64,000 bases of DNA from assembly GCF_006345805.1 (NCBI RefSeq), contig NC_043020.1, positions 22,010,001-22,074,000 on the forward strand, read 5' to 3'. Shown here piece by piece: positions 1-10,894 of this stretch; within the stretch, counting starts at the first letter, position 1; every line of letters starts with the position of its first letter. Made by a program: the position numbers and the translations under genes. The stretch is from Octopus sinensis. Its lineage: Eukaryota. The notes under the pieces were generated by a model. The model was not told where the DNA came from, did not search any database, and saw only the letters and a list, made by a program, of their open reading frames with translations.

Positions 1-131
1 CCACCAATACCGGAAGTTTCTACCCTAATACCGGAAAACACCCCCTCCCCCACTAGCACCTATGTAGGGTTTATCTGAACATATAGCGCAAAAATTGTGA
101 AAAGTATGCAGGTTGTAGTCTAGAGTTCCAT

Positions 132-3100
132 ATGAAATCTGCCAAATGCAAGCTTTCTTTTCAGGTACATGACACTGCTGTCCCTCGTCCCAGGGTCTCT
201 GATGCCCACACCTCCCAAACCCTCAGAGTTGGCACGCTCAACGTTGGCACATTGAAAGGTAGGTCTGGAGAGATTGTAGAGCTGCTTGAACGGAGACGTG
301 TGGATGTATGCTGTATCCAGGAAGTAAGGTGGAGAGGAGGTTCTGCTAGGCTCCTCACGGGCAAGGAACACAGGTACAAGATTTTCTGGGCAGGGAACAT
401 TGACGGTGTCGGGGCGTGGGTATACTTCTCGCGGAGAAATGGATAGGTAAGGTAATCGAGGTAGTCAGAATAAGTGACAGAGTAATTAAAATTAGATTAG
501 TTCTTCACCATAGGACAGCTACCATCATCTCGGCATATGCCCCTCAACCAGGGCTACCGGAAGGACAAAAAGACCAATTCTATGACACCCTATTGCGGAC
601 TACCTCATTGACAAATGACAGTGACCTTCTCTTCGTGGCAGGTGATTTCAATGGACATGTTGGACGACATGTCAGGGGCTTCCATGGCATCCATGGAGGC
701 CACGGTTTTGGCTCTCGAAATGAGGAGGGAACCAGGCTGCTGGAGTTCTGCGATGCAAATGACCTTATGGTCTGCAATACCCACTTCAGGAAACCCACCT
801 CTCACCTAGTCACCTACCGTTCTGGCAGACACACCAGCCAGATGACTACATCCTTGCCAGAAAAAGGGAAAGAGGGCTGATTATAAATGCCAAAACCTTC
901 CCAGGCGAAGAATGTACTCCCCAACATAGATTAGTAGTTAGCGACTTCAGGATCAGAGCTAAATGGTCGCCCAGAAGAAGACCAGCTTGGAGGAGAAGGG
1001 TCTGGAAGCTTAAAGATCCTGCAAATGCACAGAGATTTAGAGACATACTACTCGAAGCCTCTGACGAAATAGAAGGGGATATAGCTTCACTTAATGTGGA
1101 AGACAACTGGAGATTCCTACGGGACAATCTGCTGACAGCCACTGACCAGATCTGTGGATGGAGCAAAGTACCATCTCGACCCAGAGTAACATGGTGGTGG
1201 AACACGGTGGTTGACGGGGCTATTAGACAAAAGAGACAGGCTTGGAAGGACTGGAAGAACGGTGGTAGCAGGGAATTGTATCAGACAGCCAAAAGGGAAG
1301 CTAGGAGACAGGTTTATATAGCCAGAGGGGAAGCGGATAAGAAAAAATTTGCCAATGTTCTGAGCCGTGAGGATGAAAGACTTGAGGTATTTCGTGTTGC
1401 AAGACAGTGTGTGAGAGAGAATCGTGATGTGGTAGGAGAGAAGTGTGTTCGCATGGATGATGGTTCACTTGCGCTAAATGAGGATGCAAAGAGAGAGGTT
1501 TGGAGATGCCACTATGAAAGTTTGCTGAATAAAGAAAATGAATGGGATAAAGAGAGTCTGCCAAATGTTGACCCAACAGAGGGACCAGCTATCCGAGTTG
1601 ATAGTTCCGTAGTAGCTAAGGCAGTTAGGAGCATGAAGACAGGGAAAGCCCCAGGCCCATCAGGAATTACTGCAGAGATGCTCAAAATATCTGGCAGTGT
1701 CGGCTATAACCTAGTCACCCGTATAGTCAACCAGGTGATACACGAAGGAGTCATACCCAATGACTGGTGTAGCAGCATACTAGTCAACTGCTACAAAGGT
1801 AAAGGTGATGCCCTGGATACAAATAATTACAGAGGTATCAAGCTGTTGGATCAGGTAATGAAGGTTACGGAGAGGGTCTTAGCCCAACTAATTAGAGAGA
1901 GAGTTAGTTTAGATGAGATGCAGTTTGGGTTTGTCCCAGGGAAAAGCACCACTGATGCTATATTCCTGGTAAGGCAGCTGCAGGAGAAATACCTAGCCAA
2001 GGATAAGCCCCTGTACCTGGCTTTTGTTGACATGGAGAAAGCCTTTGATAGGGTCCCCCGATCCCTCATCTGGTGGTCAATGAGGAAACTAGGGATAGAT
2101 GAATGGCTGGTGAGGGCTGTGCAAGCCATGTACAGAGATGCCGTAAGTAAGGTTAGAGTTGGCAACATGTACACAGAAGAATTCAAAGTAGAGGTTGGGG
2201 TCCACCAGGGTTCAGTACTCAGCCCCCTCCTATTTATCATAGTCCTCCAGGCAATAACGGAGGAATTCAAGACCGGTTGCCCCTGGGAGCTCCTCTATGC
2301 TGACGACCTCGCTCTAATCGCTGAGTCACTATCAGAACTGGAGGAGAAGTTCCAGGTGTGGAAGGAGGGTTTAGAATCGAGGGGCCTTAGAGTCAACCTA
2401 GCTAAAACCAAAGTACTAATATAAGTAGAAGGTAGAAAACCCACAAATATCATCAGGAAGATGGCCCTGTTCGATCTGTAGAAAAGGTGTAGGTAGAAAC
2501 TCTATAAGATGTACCCAGTGTAAGCTATGGACACATAAGAGGTGCAGCAATGTCAAAGGTAGGCTAACTGGGAAGATAGTTTTTGTATGTGGCAGGTGCT
2601 CTGGAGCACTGACCTCCGAAAATCTGCAGAAAACAACTTCTGTCACTTTCCGGGGGAAAAACTAGAAGTAGTTGATAGTTTCCGCTATCTAGGTGACCAA
2701 GTCAGTAGTGGGGGTGGGTGCGCTGAAAGTGTAACTGCTAGAATAAGAATAGCCTGGGCAAAGTTTAGGGAGCTCTTACCTCTGCTGGTGACAAAAGGCC
2801 TCTCGCTCAGAGTAAAAGGCAGACTGTATGATGCATGTGTACGAACAGCTATGCTACATGGCAGTGAAACATGGGCCGTGACTGCTGAGGACATGCGTAA
2901 GCTCGTGAGGAACGATGCCAGTATGCTCCGATGGATGTGTAATGTCAGTGTACTTACTCGACAGAGCGTTAGTACCTTGAGAGAAATGTTGTACCTAAGA
3001 AGCATCAGTTGTTGTGTGCAAGAGAGACGATTGCGCTGGTATGGTCATGTGGCGAGAATGGATGAAGAGAGGTGTGTGAGAAAGTGCCAATCCCTAGCAG

Positions 3101-3249
3101 TTGAGGGAACCCGTGGAAGAGGTAGACCCAGGAAAACCTGGGACGAGGTGGTGAAGCACGACCTTCGGACGTTAGGTCTCACCATGGAAATGACTAGAGA
3201 CCGAGACCTATGGAAGTATGCTGTGCGTGAGAAGACCCGGCAAGACTAG
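132..3249 (+). pseudogene. RTE ORF (APE endonuclease - RT - PHD finger - C-terminal domain) split by about 4 small indels
   Basis: ORFs 132-446, 416-880, 1096-2424 and 2587-3249 are consecutive pieces of one protein; frame breaks near 412, 843, 2420-2430 and 2650. Confidence 0.9.
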
Positions 3250-3449
3250 TGAAGCCATAATCCGTGGCCCCTACCTGGGACGTAGTCAGTCCACCTGTGC
3301 ATACCTTCCTTCTTGTGACACTTGTGAAGACCTGTTGAGGCAAGTGAGAATCGAATCGAATCGTATCAAATCAAATCGAACCAAATCAAAATAGATGAAC
3401 ATCAATGGAATTTGTATCCTTGTGGTACCAGTGCCGGTGGCACATAAGA

Positions 3450-3768
3450 AAACCATCCGAACGTGACCGTAGCCAGTACCGCAATGACTGGCCTCCGTGC
3501 TGAGGGCACGTAACAAACACCATCCGAGCGTGGCCGTCCGCCAGCCTCGTCTAGCACCTGTGTCGGTGACACATAAGAAAACACCATCCGAGCGTGGCCG
3601 TCTGCCAGCCTCGTCTGGCACCTGTGTCGTGTGGCACATAAAAAACACCATCCGAGCGTGGCCGTCTGCCAGCCTCGTCTGGCACCTGTGTCGTGGCACA
3701 TAAAAAACACCATCCGAGCGTGGCCGTCTGCCAGCCTCGTCTGGCACCTGTGTCGGTGGCACATAAAA
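3450..3768 (+). repeat. Tandem repeat of about 62-64 bp (4 near-identical copies plus 1 diverged copy) in the RTE 3' UTR
   Basis: AAACACCATCCGAGCGTGGCCGTCTGCCAGCCTCGTCTGGCACCTGTGTCG... recurs at about 3515, 3579, 3643 and 3705. Confidence 0.9.
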
Positions 3769-3945
3769 TCACCCACTACACTCTCGGAGTGGTTGGCGTT
3801 AGGAAGGGCATCCAGCTGTAGAAACACTGCCACATCTGACTGGCCTGGTGCAGCCTTCGGGCTTCCCAGACCCCAGTTGAACCGTCCAACCCATGCTAGC
3901 ATGGAAAGCGGACGTTAAACGATGATGATGATGATGATGATGATA

Positions 3946-4063
3946 TATTATATATATATATATATATATACATATATATATAATAGAGAGAGAGAGAGAG
4001 AGAGAGAGAGAAGTGATATAAGTATATATAATGTACACAAACACACATGCATGTATATATGTG

Positions 4064-4094
<31 letters not shown>

Positions 4095-4235
4095 AAAATA
4101 ATAAAAAAACAATGCTATTGAGATTATGTGATGTGAAAATAAAATAAAAACAAATGGAACATGAAAACGATGATTGATGTAATGAATGAATGAGGAGGAA
4201 TAATAAAAAACCAATGGTTTGTGAAGTAGCGACAG

Positions 4236-4309
<74 letters not shown>

Positions 4310-4444
4310 GAGAAGAAATAGAAATAACGAGAAGATGGATGAATGAGTGAGACGGTAAAAACAGACGAAGACCAGACTTGTCTGGAAAAACCTTTGAGTA
4401 TCGATCGATCGATCGATCGATAGATAGATAGATAGATGATAGAT

Positions 4445-4479
<35 letters not shown>

Positions 4480-4491
4480 CGATAGATAGAT

Positions 4492-4545
<54 letters not shown>
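3946..4545. repeat. Microsatellite cluster (TA)n, (GA)n, (GT)n, (GATA)n
   Basis: Directly visible simple repeats. Confidence 0.95.
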
Positions 4546-4546
<1 letters not shown>

Positions 4547-5114
4547 GTGCTTGATAGGCTGTCGACCCGAGTACAAGAGGGAGTCCACGACCACCACCAT
4601 CATCACAACGATGATGAAGATGATGACGGTGCTGGTGGTCAGCGCGGAGATAATAGTGATGATAAAAATGGTGGTGATACTGATGATGATGGCGGTCGTT
4701 TTTCTTCAGCTGCCTTCAGGACAGGGACTGCATATTTATAGAGGAAAAACAAGGAAAGAGGGAAAGTGAGGCATTATCGTTTCAATCAATTTTACCAACG
4801 TATATTACTGGTATTTATTTTGACACCTCGGAAGAATTTAAGGCAAAGGCCGGATGCGATGGAATTTAACCAAAACCACCAATAATAATGAGAATAATAG
4901 CCATGAGAATCTGCATAAACAAAACAATTTATACAAAAGGCTTACAAACATATACATTGGGGTAATCTTCACGTTCAGCGTTCTTAAATGCAGACGGTGT
5001 TTAGGATATTAGAAACTGAAAAGAAATATTTATTCAGGACGACAAACACAGAAACCATCTAATATATCTGACAATCAATAATAATAATAATAATAATAAT
5101 AATGTTTCTCTTAC

Positions 5115-5330
5115 CTCGGTACCTGAGTAAGTCTCGAAGAAAAACAAGACCAGCCGCTGGTATATGCCCCACATTGTGTCATCGCCAATCTGGTAAATGC
5201 GATGTGGTAAGGCGGCACTTAGGGCCCTCCATGCTCCCCAGACGGCCAGATAACAGGGTGCCGTCCCCACAATCACGAAGCCTGGAACAATCCATCTGAA
5301 ATGGTGTAGATTAATGACCACTGAGAGCAT
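5115..5330 (-). CDS. AGPAT5: Coding exon 1 of 1-acyl-sn-glycerol-3-phosphate acyltransferase epsilon (AGPAT5/LPAAT-epsilon)-like gene; the gene continues left of the window
   Basis: MLSVVINLHHFRWIVPGFVIVGTAPCYLAVWGAWRALSAALPHRIYQIGDDTMWGIYQRLVLFFFETYSGTE matches the N-terminus of vertebrate AGPAT5 as I recall it (GTAPTY..WG.WR.LS..LP.R.YQ..DD....YQ..VLFFFE.Y.G). 216 nt (72 codons) ending at a phase-0 GAG|GTAAGA donor at 5114. Confidence 0.9.
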
Positions 5331-6559
5331 AATTGTCCACTCCAGTCGGAGAAGCCCAAAAAGATAGGTGGGGAAACCGAGGTAGATAGATAGATAGATA
5401 AACAGATAGACAGATAAAGATGAGAAGAGAGGAAATTGAGTTGTTATTGAACGTCAATGAAGAGGAGAAGCTGAAGCACTGACTCCACAATAAACAGACT
5501 CTGGCAGCAGCAGTAGCAGCAGCAGCAGCAAGCACGCCGCAATGCTGCAAAGAAGATGATGTTAGAGGAGGAAATCTGATAAAGGTGAACGGTTATTTGA
5601 AATATTTCGATTGAAGAGAAGAGGGGTGTTTAATTTAAAAGGTAAGCCCTGCTGTTATGTTCGTGTCAGCCGATAAGTTATTATATATGTGTGTGTGTGT
5701 ATAATGACACGCACTTTAAATGTGTGAATATCTGATATTCAGGATATGAAATAAAGTAAAAGATTTTAAAATGCTTTGTTTTACTTTCGCCAGTATTTTC
5801 CCCTTGTCTATTTTGCAATGATCTTTTCGTCCCATTATATATTTATATATATGTGTGTGTGTGTGTGTGTTAATAACTAAATATTTCGTATTGTGTATTA
5901 TTCAACTGATACCAAAATATTAATATTCATTAAAATATAACGTGTCACTATTGAAAATAAAGACATCATTATTATCGACATCCCTCTCATCCGTCGCCCT
6001 GATGGCAAATAAAAGAAGTCATTATTATTGTTGTTATCATCAATACATTATATCCATTTGAAAACTCCACTTTTAATTTTAGGTCCTGCAGTCCTATTGT
6101 GTGTGAGTGTACGACTCGCACCTTTTTAAAATTCACTTTAACACCTGCCTGAATACGTATATTTATTTATTTATTTCATTGATGATAAGTCTATTGTGTT
6201 GTTTAAAACCGTTTTCACATGTGTTCTGCAGTAAAACGACAGTCAATAAGATTTTCACAACGTACCAGATAATGTTTAATCAAAATATTTTGAAGTTGTT
6301 TTCTTCTTTTTCTTTGTCAGACCCTCTCTTCCTTTCTCCATATTTTTTTTTCTTTCTTTTACATTACCGGGAATCCGTAAATATATGCCGGATATGTGAG
6401 GCAGGGAAAAGCAGAGCTGAGGATTTCAATTACAACCCTCGCATTTCGACGAGATGCACTTTCAATGAGATCGGAGGAGGGCAATGGAAAAAATTGCATT
6501 TGAAGTATTTTGGTGGTTTGGATTTTCGAGGTAAAATCATTCGAAAAACTGAGTGATGT

Positions 6560-6880
6560 AGTGGTCTGTTGTTTGAGCGGTAGTGGTGTTTGTAGTTTGG
6601 GTGGTTGTGGTGGTTTGCAGTTTGGGTGGTTGTGGTGTTGGTGGTTTGCAGTTTGGGTGGTAGTGGTATTTGTGGTCTGTAGTTTAGGTGGTAGTGGTGT
6701 TTGTGGCCTGTAGTTTGGGTGGTAGTGGTGTTTGTGGTTTGCAGTTTGGGTGGTAGTGGTGTTTGTGGTTTGCAGTTTTGGTGGTAGTGGTGTTTGTGGT
6801 TTGCAGTTTTGGTGGTAGTGGTGGTTTGCAGTTTTGGTGGTAGTGGTGTTTGTGGCCCCTAGTTTGGGTGGTGGAGGTGT
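6560..6880 (+). repeat. GT-rich minisatellite, about 30-bp unit, about 10 copies
   Basis: GCAGTTTGGGTGGTAGTGGTGTTTGTGGTTT repeated with variation. Confidence 0.85.
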
Positions 6881-8194
6881 GTGTGTGGATCGTGGTTGCG
6901 TGGTTATAAACTTTGGCTTTCCTACCTGTGTTGTCGCGATTATAACGGTTTAAATTCGTTGTAGCGGTACTTGAAGGTTACAACACTATTGTAGTGGTTA
7001 TATTGTTGCAAGCAGTGTGGCACTGGTGCCTGTAAGTTTCGAGCAGAGTAGAAGTGGTTCTTGCGAGTTGCACATTAGGTAGTGGTGGTGCTTGTGAGAT
7101 CCAAGCAGTGGGATAGCAATGTTTGTGGGTTCGAAACCGTCTGATACAGCAGTTCGTGAGTTCAAGTTGTGCCAGCGAAACATATCTGCGTGAATTACTT
7201 TGAAGACGCAAGGAAGAAAAGGATCATATATAAACAGGTCTTTATTCGTCCGAGTTTGGTTTCAAATCCGACACACTCCACAGGGGACTTGACGGCATTG
7301 GTGGAGCTCAAATAATGATGATGATTATAATGAATAAATAACAGAAATAAATAATAAAGAGATACCAGAAAGTGAGATCAGAGGGACAGATAAATTGATA
7401 CAGGGTAGTAAGGCCCATGTGGCTGGCCAGCCACTGACCGCAGTTAAATTTGAACTTTAAACCCCAACTTTTAATTGTTTCTCCCACAGAACCAAATGAA
7501 AGTAGAGAGCAACATCAGAGGGGAGGTAACTCTAATGATTCCAAGTAGAACATGTCGGGGAGGAATAACATCATATATATATTTATATTTGTGTGTGTAT
7601 AATTATTTATATGAATTCTACCTTATCGTCAGAGACACTGCTGTAAGAAATAAACTTGTAATTAGTAACTCAGCAATTGCTAATTTTTTAAATATCTGTC
7701 TAGCACTTCCAAGTCCAATAACTCTTGTCTACTTAGTAATGAAATTGCTCTCCTAAAAAGCACGTGGTCTTTTCAAACATTTCCTCCGTTGTATTTTAAA
7801 CCCAATTTTTCGATTCTCTCTGATTTAATGCTTTCCGTTCCACTAATTTTCAGAGGTAAACCATAAGGAAATTGTTTTTTTTTTCTCCATTGATATATTC
7901 GTTGCTTTCTTTTATAATTCTATTTATATCTGAAATGAATGCATCATATGAAATGGCCCCTCGATGTCATACTGGAGAGGATAACAGCTAAAGTTAACTT
8001 GGGGTCTCGCAAGGCATTTTGTCCGATCACCCAAAGTAATATGAAACGAAATTGTTCAATCACAACTTACCACGAATTCAGTGAAAGCTGAGTTGATACG
8101 GATTCGTTTCGACGGGGACTTTTGTTTTAAATATATTTCTCCTGCTCCTTAAATGTAAATAAAAAAAGAAAGAAAACATGGTTTTTGGAGTTAT

Positions 8195-8599
8195 ATCCTT
8201 TTCTACTCGAGGAACAAGGCCGGAAATTTTGGGGGAGGAATCCAGTCGATAAGATCGACTCCAGTAAACAACTGGTACTTAATTTATCGACCCTGAAAGG
8301 ATGAAAGGCAAAGTCGACCTCGGCGGAATTTGTACTCAGAACACAAAGACAGTCGAAATGCCGCTAAGCATTTCGCCCGGCGTGCTAACGTTTCTTATTT
8401 CTTTATTGACCACAAGGCGCTAAACATAGAGGGGACAAACGGATTAAGTCGATTACATTGACTCCAGTGCGTAACTGGTACTTAATTTATCGAAAGGCAA
8501 AGTCGACCTCGGCAGAATTTGAACTCAGAACGTAGCGGCAGACGAAATGCCGCTAAGCATTTTGCCCGGCGTGCTAACGTTTCTGCTAGCTCGCCGCCT
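8195..8599 (-). mobile_element. tRNA-derived SINE dimer (Tx1-tailed SINE nested in the head of a sister SINE)
   Basis: Minus strand reads GGCGGCGAGCTAGCAGAAACGTTAGC...GTTCAAATTC (A/B-box-like); the body occurs twice, junction at 8395/8396; same family as 38320-38720. Confidence 0.85.
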
Positions 8600-8610
8600 T
8601 TCTTAGAGTT

Positions 8611-9604
8611 GTTACTCCTAGCGAACAGTGGTCCCTGTACGCGCAGTCGCGCATCCGCACTAGTTAATCGTAAGTAGTCTATCCTACAACGACTTGCGCA
8701 TATGCAAATGAATAGATTCGCGTATGCGCGATACATGTTTGTATCGCACATGCGACGTATTCGTTTCTGAAGGAGAAGACAGTTTTGAACAATGTAATTC
8801 CCCGATGTTTACATTGCCAGAAAGGGACATTACAAGCAATTATCTTGTACATAACCCATACCAAATTGGTGAACTTGGGTACATCGTAGAAATAGATGAA
8901 TCTATGATGTGCAAACGAAAATACAAGAGAGGTGGGTTTTTGGAGGATGGGCTAGAGTAGACAAGAAAGGGTCTCTAGTCTTCGTACCTAACCGTTCCTC
9001 TGAATCCCCTTATCAAAAAATTCATAAAACCAGGTATGACTATATATTCCGATTGTTGGGGTGCGTATAATGGTATTAGTGAAATAGATGTGACACCAAA
9101 ATACACCCATTTCAAAGTGAACCATTCGGAAAATTTCGTAGATCCCAAAACAAATGTGCACACCAATTCTGTGGAATGTTATTGGAAGAATGCAAAAAGA
9201 CGTTTCAAGACTATGATGGGGTGTACAAACGAACATGTTGGAATCGTACCTGGATGAATTTCTTTGAAGAGAATACGGAAAAAGTGGGAAGGAATGTTTT
9301 GAAAACATTGTGAAGCACCTTTCAGAATGGTTCACATTCAAGTAACTCAAATGAACTCCAACATTTTATTTTATTGTTTGGTGGCATTTTCGAACGAATT
9401 GCAAGAACTGTGAGATATTCAATTTTTTTTATTTGCTATTTGCTTTTTATTTAATTTGTGTAAAAAAATATTAATTAATTTGTGTATCGCGCATGCGCGA
9501 ATCTATTCATTTGCATACGTGCAAGTCGTAGGATCGACTACTTACGACTGGCTAGCGCGACTACGCGTGTGCGTGCACCGGGACCACTGTTCGTTAGTAG
9601 TACC
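8611..9604 (+). mobile_element. Merlin (IS1016/ISXO2-like) DNA transposon, internally deleted and degenerate
   Basis: Imperfect TIRs of about 105-120 bp (GTTACTCCTAGCGAACAGTGGTCCC... / ...GGGACCACTGTTCGTTAGTAGTACC), perfect 9-bp TSD CTTAGAGTT (8602-8610, 9605-9613), transposase motifs IVEIDES..KRKY.RG, IYSDCWGAY and VNHSENFVDP..VHTNSVE.YW. Confidence 0.92.
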
Positions 9605-10351
9605 CTTAGAGTTTATTTTATGGCCGTCGACGTTCAGTATATGTAGATTTTTTCTTTTCTCACTTATTTTTTTGCCCTTGGCTTAGACTACGAAAAAATA
9701 ACCCAGAAACTATTAATTGACTTATATGATGGCTGAAACGCCGATGTACTTTGATCACCATGGAAACTGCATTTTACATCAAAGGAATAGAGAATATTTT
9801 ACATAAGAACCACGGGACCTGAAAAAAAACCACACAGTTTATTATTGGACCCAGCTCAAACTAATGATGGTGTTTTAGAGGGATAGATTAGCAAAAGGAA
9901 AGTAAAGAATACGTACAATTGGTGGTTACGGTTTTTGTTATGCCAAAAACGAGTGGTGTACGTATTCTTTACCTCCGCCAATATCCCCTGTATGTTTGGT
10001 CCAGTGCAACTTGATGGACGGAATTTAAATACTTCTCGCAGACACTTCAATTATTCTCTGGTCATTGTGGAACCAACGCTTGTGCTGACTCAACCATTAA
10101 CTTTAGAATTCACAAACTTGATCAATAAATAAGAATGTAACTAGTTGCTCGTTCTTCCGAATGATCGTTACCATTTATTTTGAAGTTGTAGATATTGGTA
10201 TCAAACAGAAGATATTAGAGGTTTGAGAAATAAACTATAGAACTACATGAGCGCCGTTTGTCGACCACAAAGTATTTTGCGGTAAGAACAAGTCATCTTA
10301 TAGCTAACAAGTATGTTAGCTATAAAATATTTAGAGATGGGTCTGGTATAA

Positions 10352-10890
10352 TCTTTATCTTTATATATATAAAACTGAGAATGTGTGTCTGTCTGTCTGT
10401 CTCTGTGTTTCCCTAAAACTTGAGAACTACACAACCAATTTCATTCAAATTTTACACATGCCTTACTTAGGGTCCATGTAGTTTCATGGGCAAAAAAAAT
10501 GTTCAACTTCTTGCCTAGAGCGAGCCCATAGCAATATCATATCTTCTCCACTATTTCAGTTTTAGTTGTTAAAAGTGAAACAAAAATATTTCTCTATTTT
10601 ATTTCAGATGCTTTCACTTTAACAATAAAAATAATAATAACAATTGAATTATATGTAGTAAGTAATAATTAAAATCAAAATAAAGTATAATATAATCGTA
10701 ACATAACAAAGGTAAAAATAGCAATTGGTATAAAATTGCATCAATGATTTGAACTTGAATAAGTGGTTTCACATGAATGGGAATAAATTAAAAATAAAAT
10801 TAGCGTGCAGAAATGGAATAGTCCAGATGGATAATAAAAAATTAAATTAAAGATAAGACTATTGTCTATAAAGTATACAATGTAGAGAAA
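10352..10890 (+). mobile_element. Non-autonomous Helitron-like 5' part
   Basis: A|TC start, TATATAAAA followed by (GTCT)n and CCAATTTCATTCAAATTTTACAC, a common non-autonomous Helitron 5' layout. 3' end not found. Confidence 0.5.
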
Positions 10891-10894
10891 AAAG

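Larger units (their letters stand above)
1..3945 (+). mobile_element. RTE-clade non-LTR retrotransposon, near full length (5' end may extend past the window), antisense within AGPAT5 intron 1
   Basis: APE endonuclease (GTLNVGTL, CIQEVRW, SAYAPQ, GDFNGHVG) and RT (QFGF, DMEKAFDRV, GVHQGSVLSPLLF, YADD, FRYLGD), RTE-type C-terminus (RRLRWYGHV, GRGRPRKTW), repeat-containing 3' UTR and (GAT)n tail at 3921-3945. Confidence 0.95.

Noticed and set aside
3450-3768. CRISPR-like regularly spaced repeats
   Set aside because: Units are identical along their whole length with no unique spacers, lie in a LINE 3' UTR, and there are no cas genes; context is eukaryotic.
8724-9345. Bacterial IS1595/ISXO2 insertion or contamination
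   Set aside because: Flanked by eukaryotic SINEs, degenerate, with long TIRs; fits the eukaryotic Merlin superfamily.
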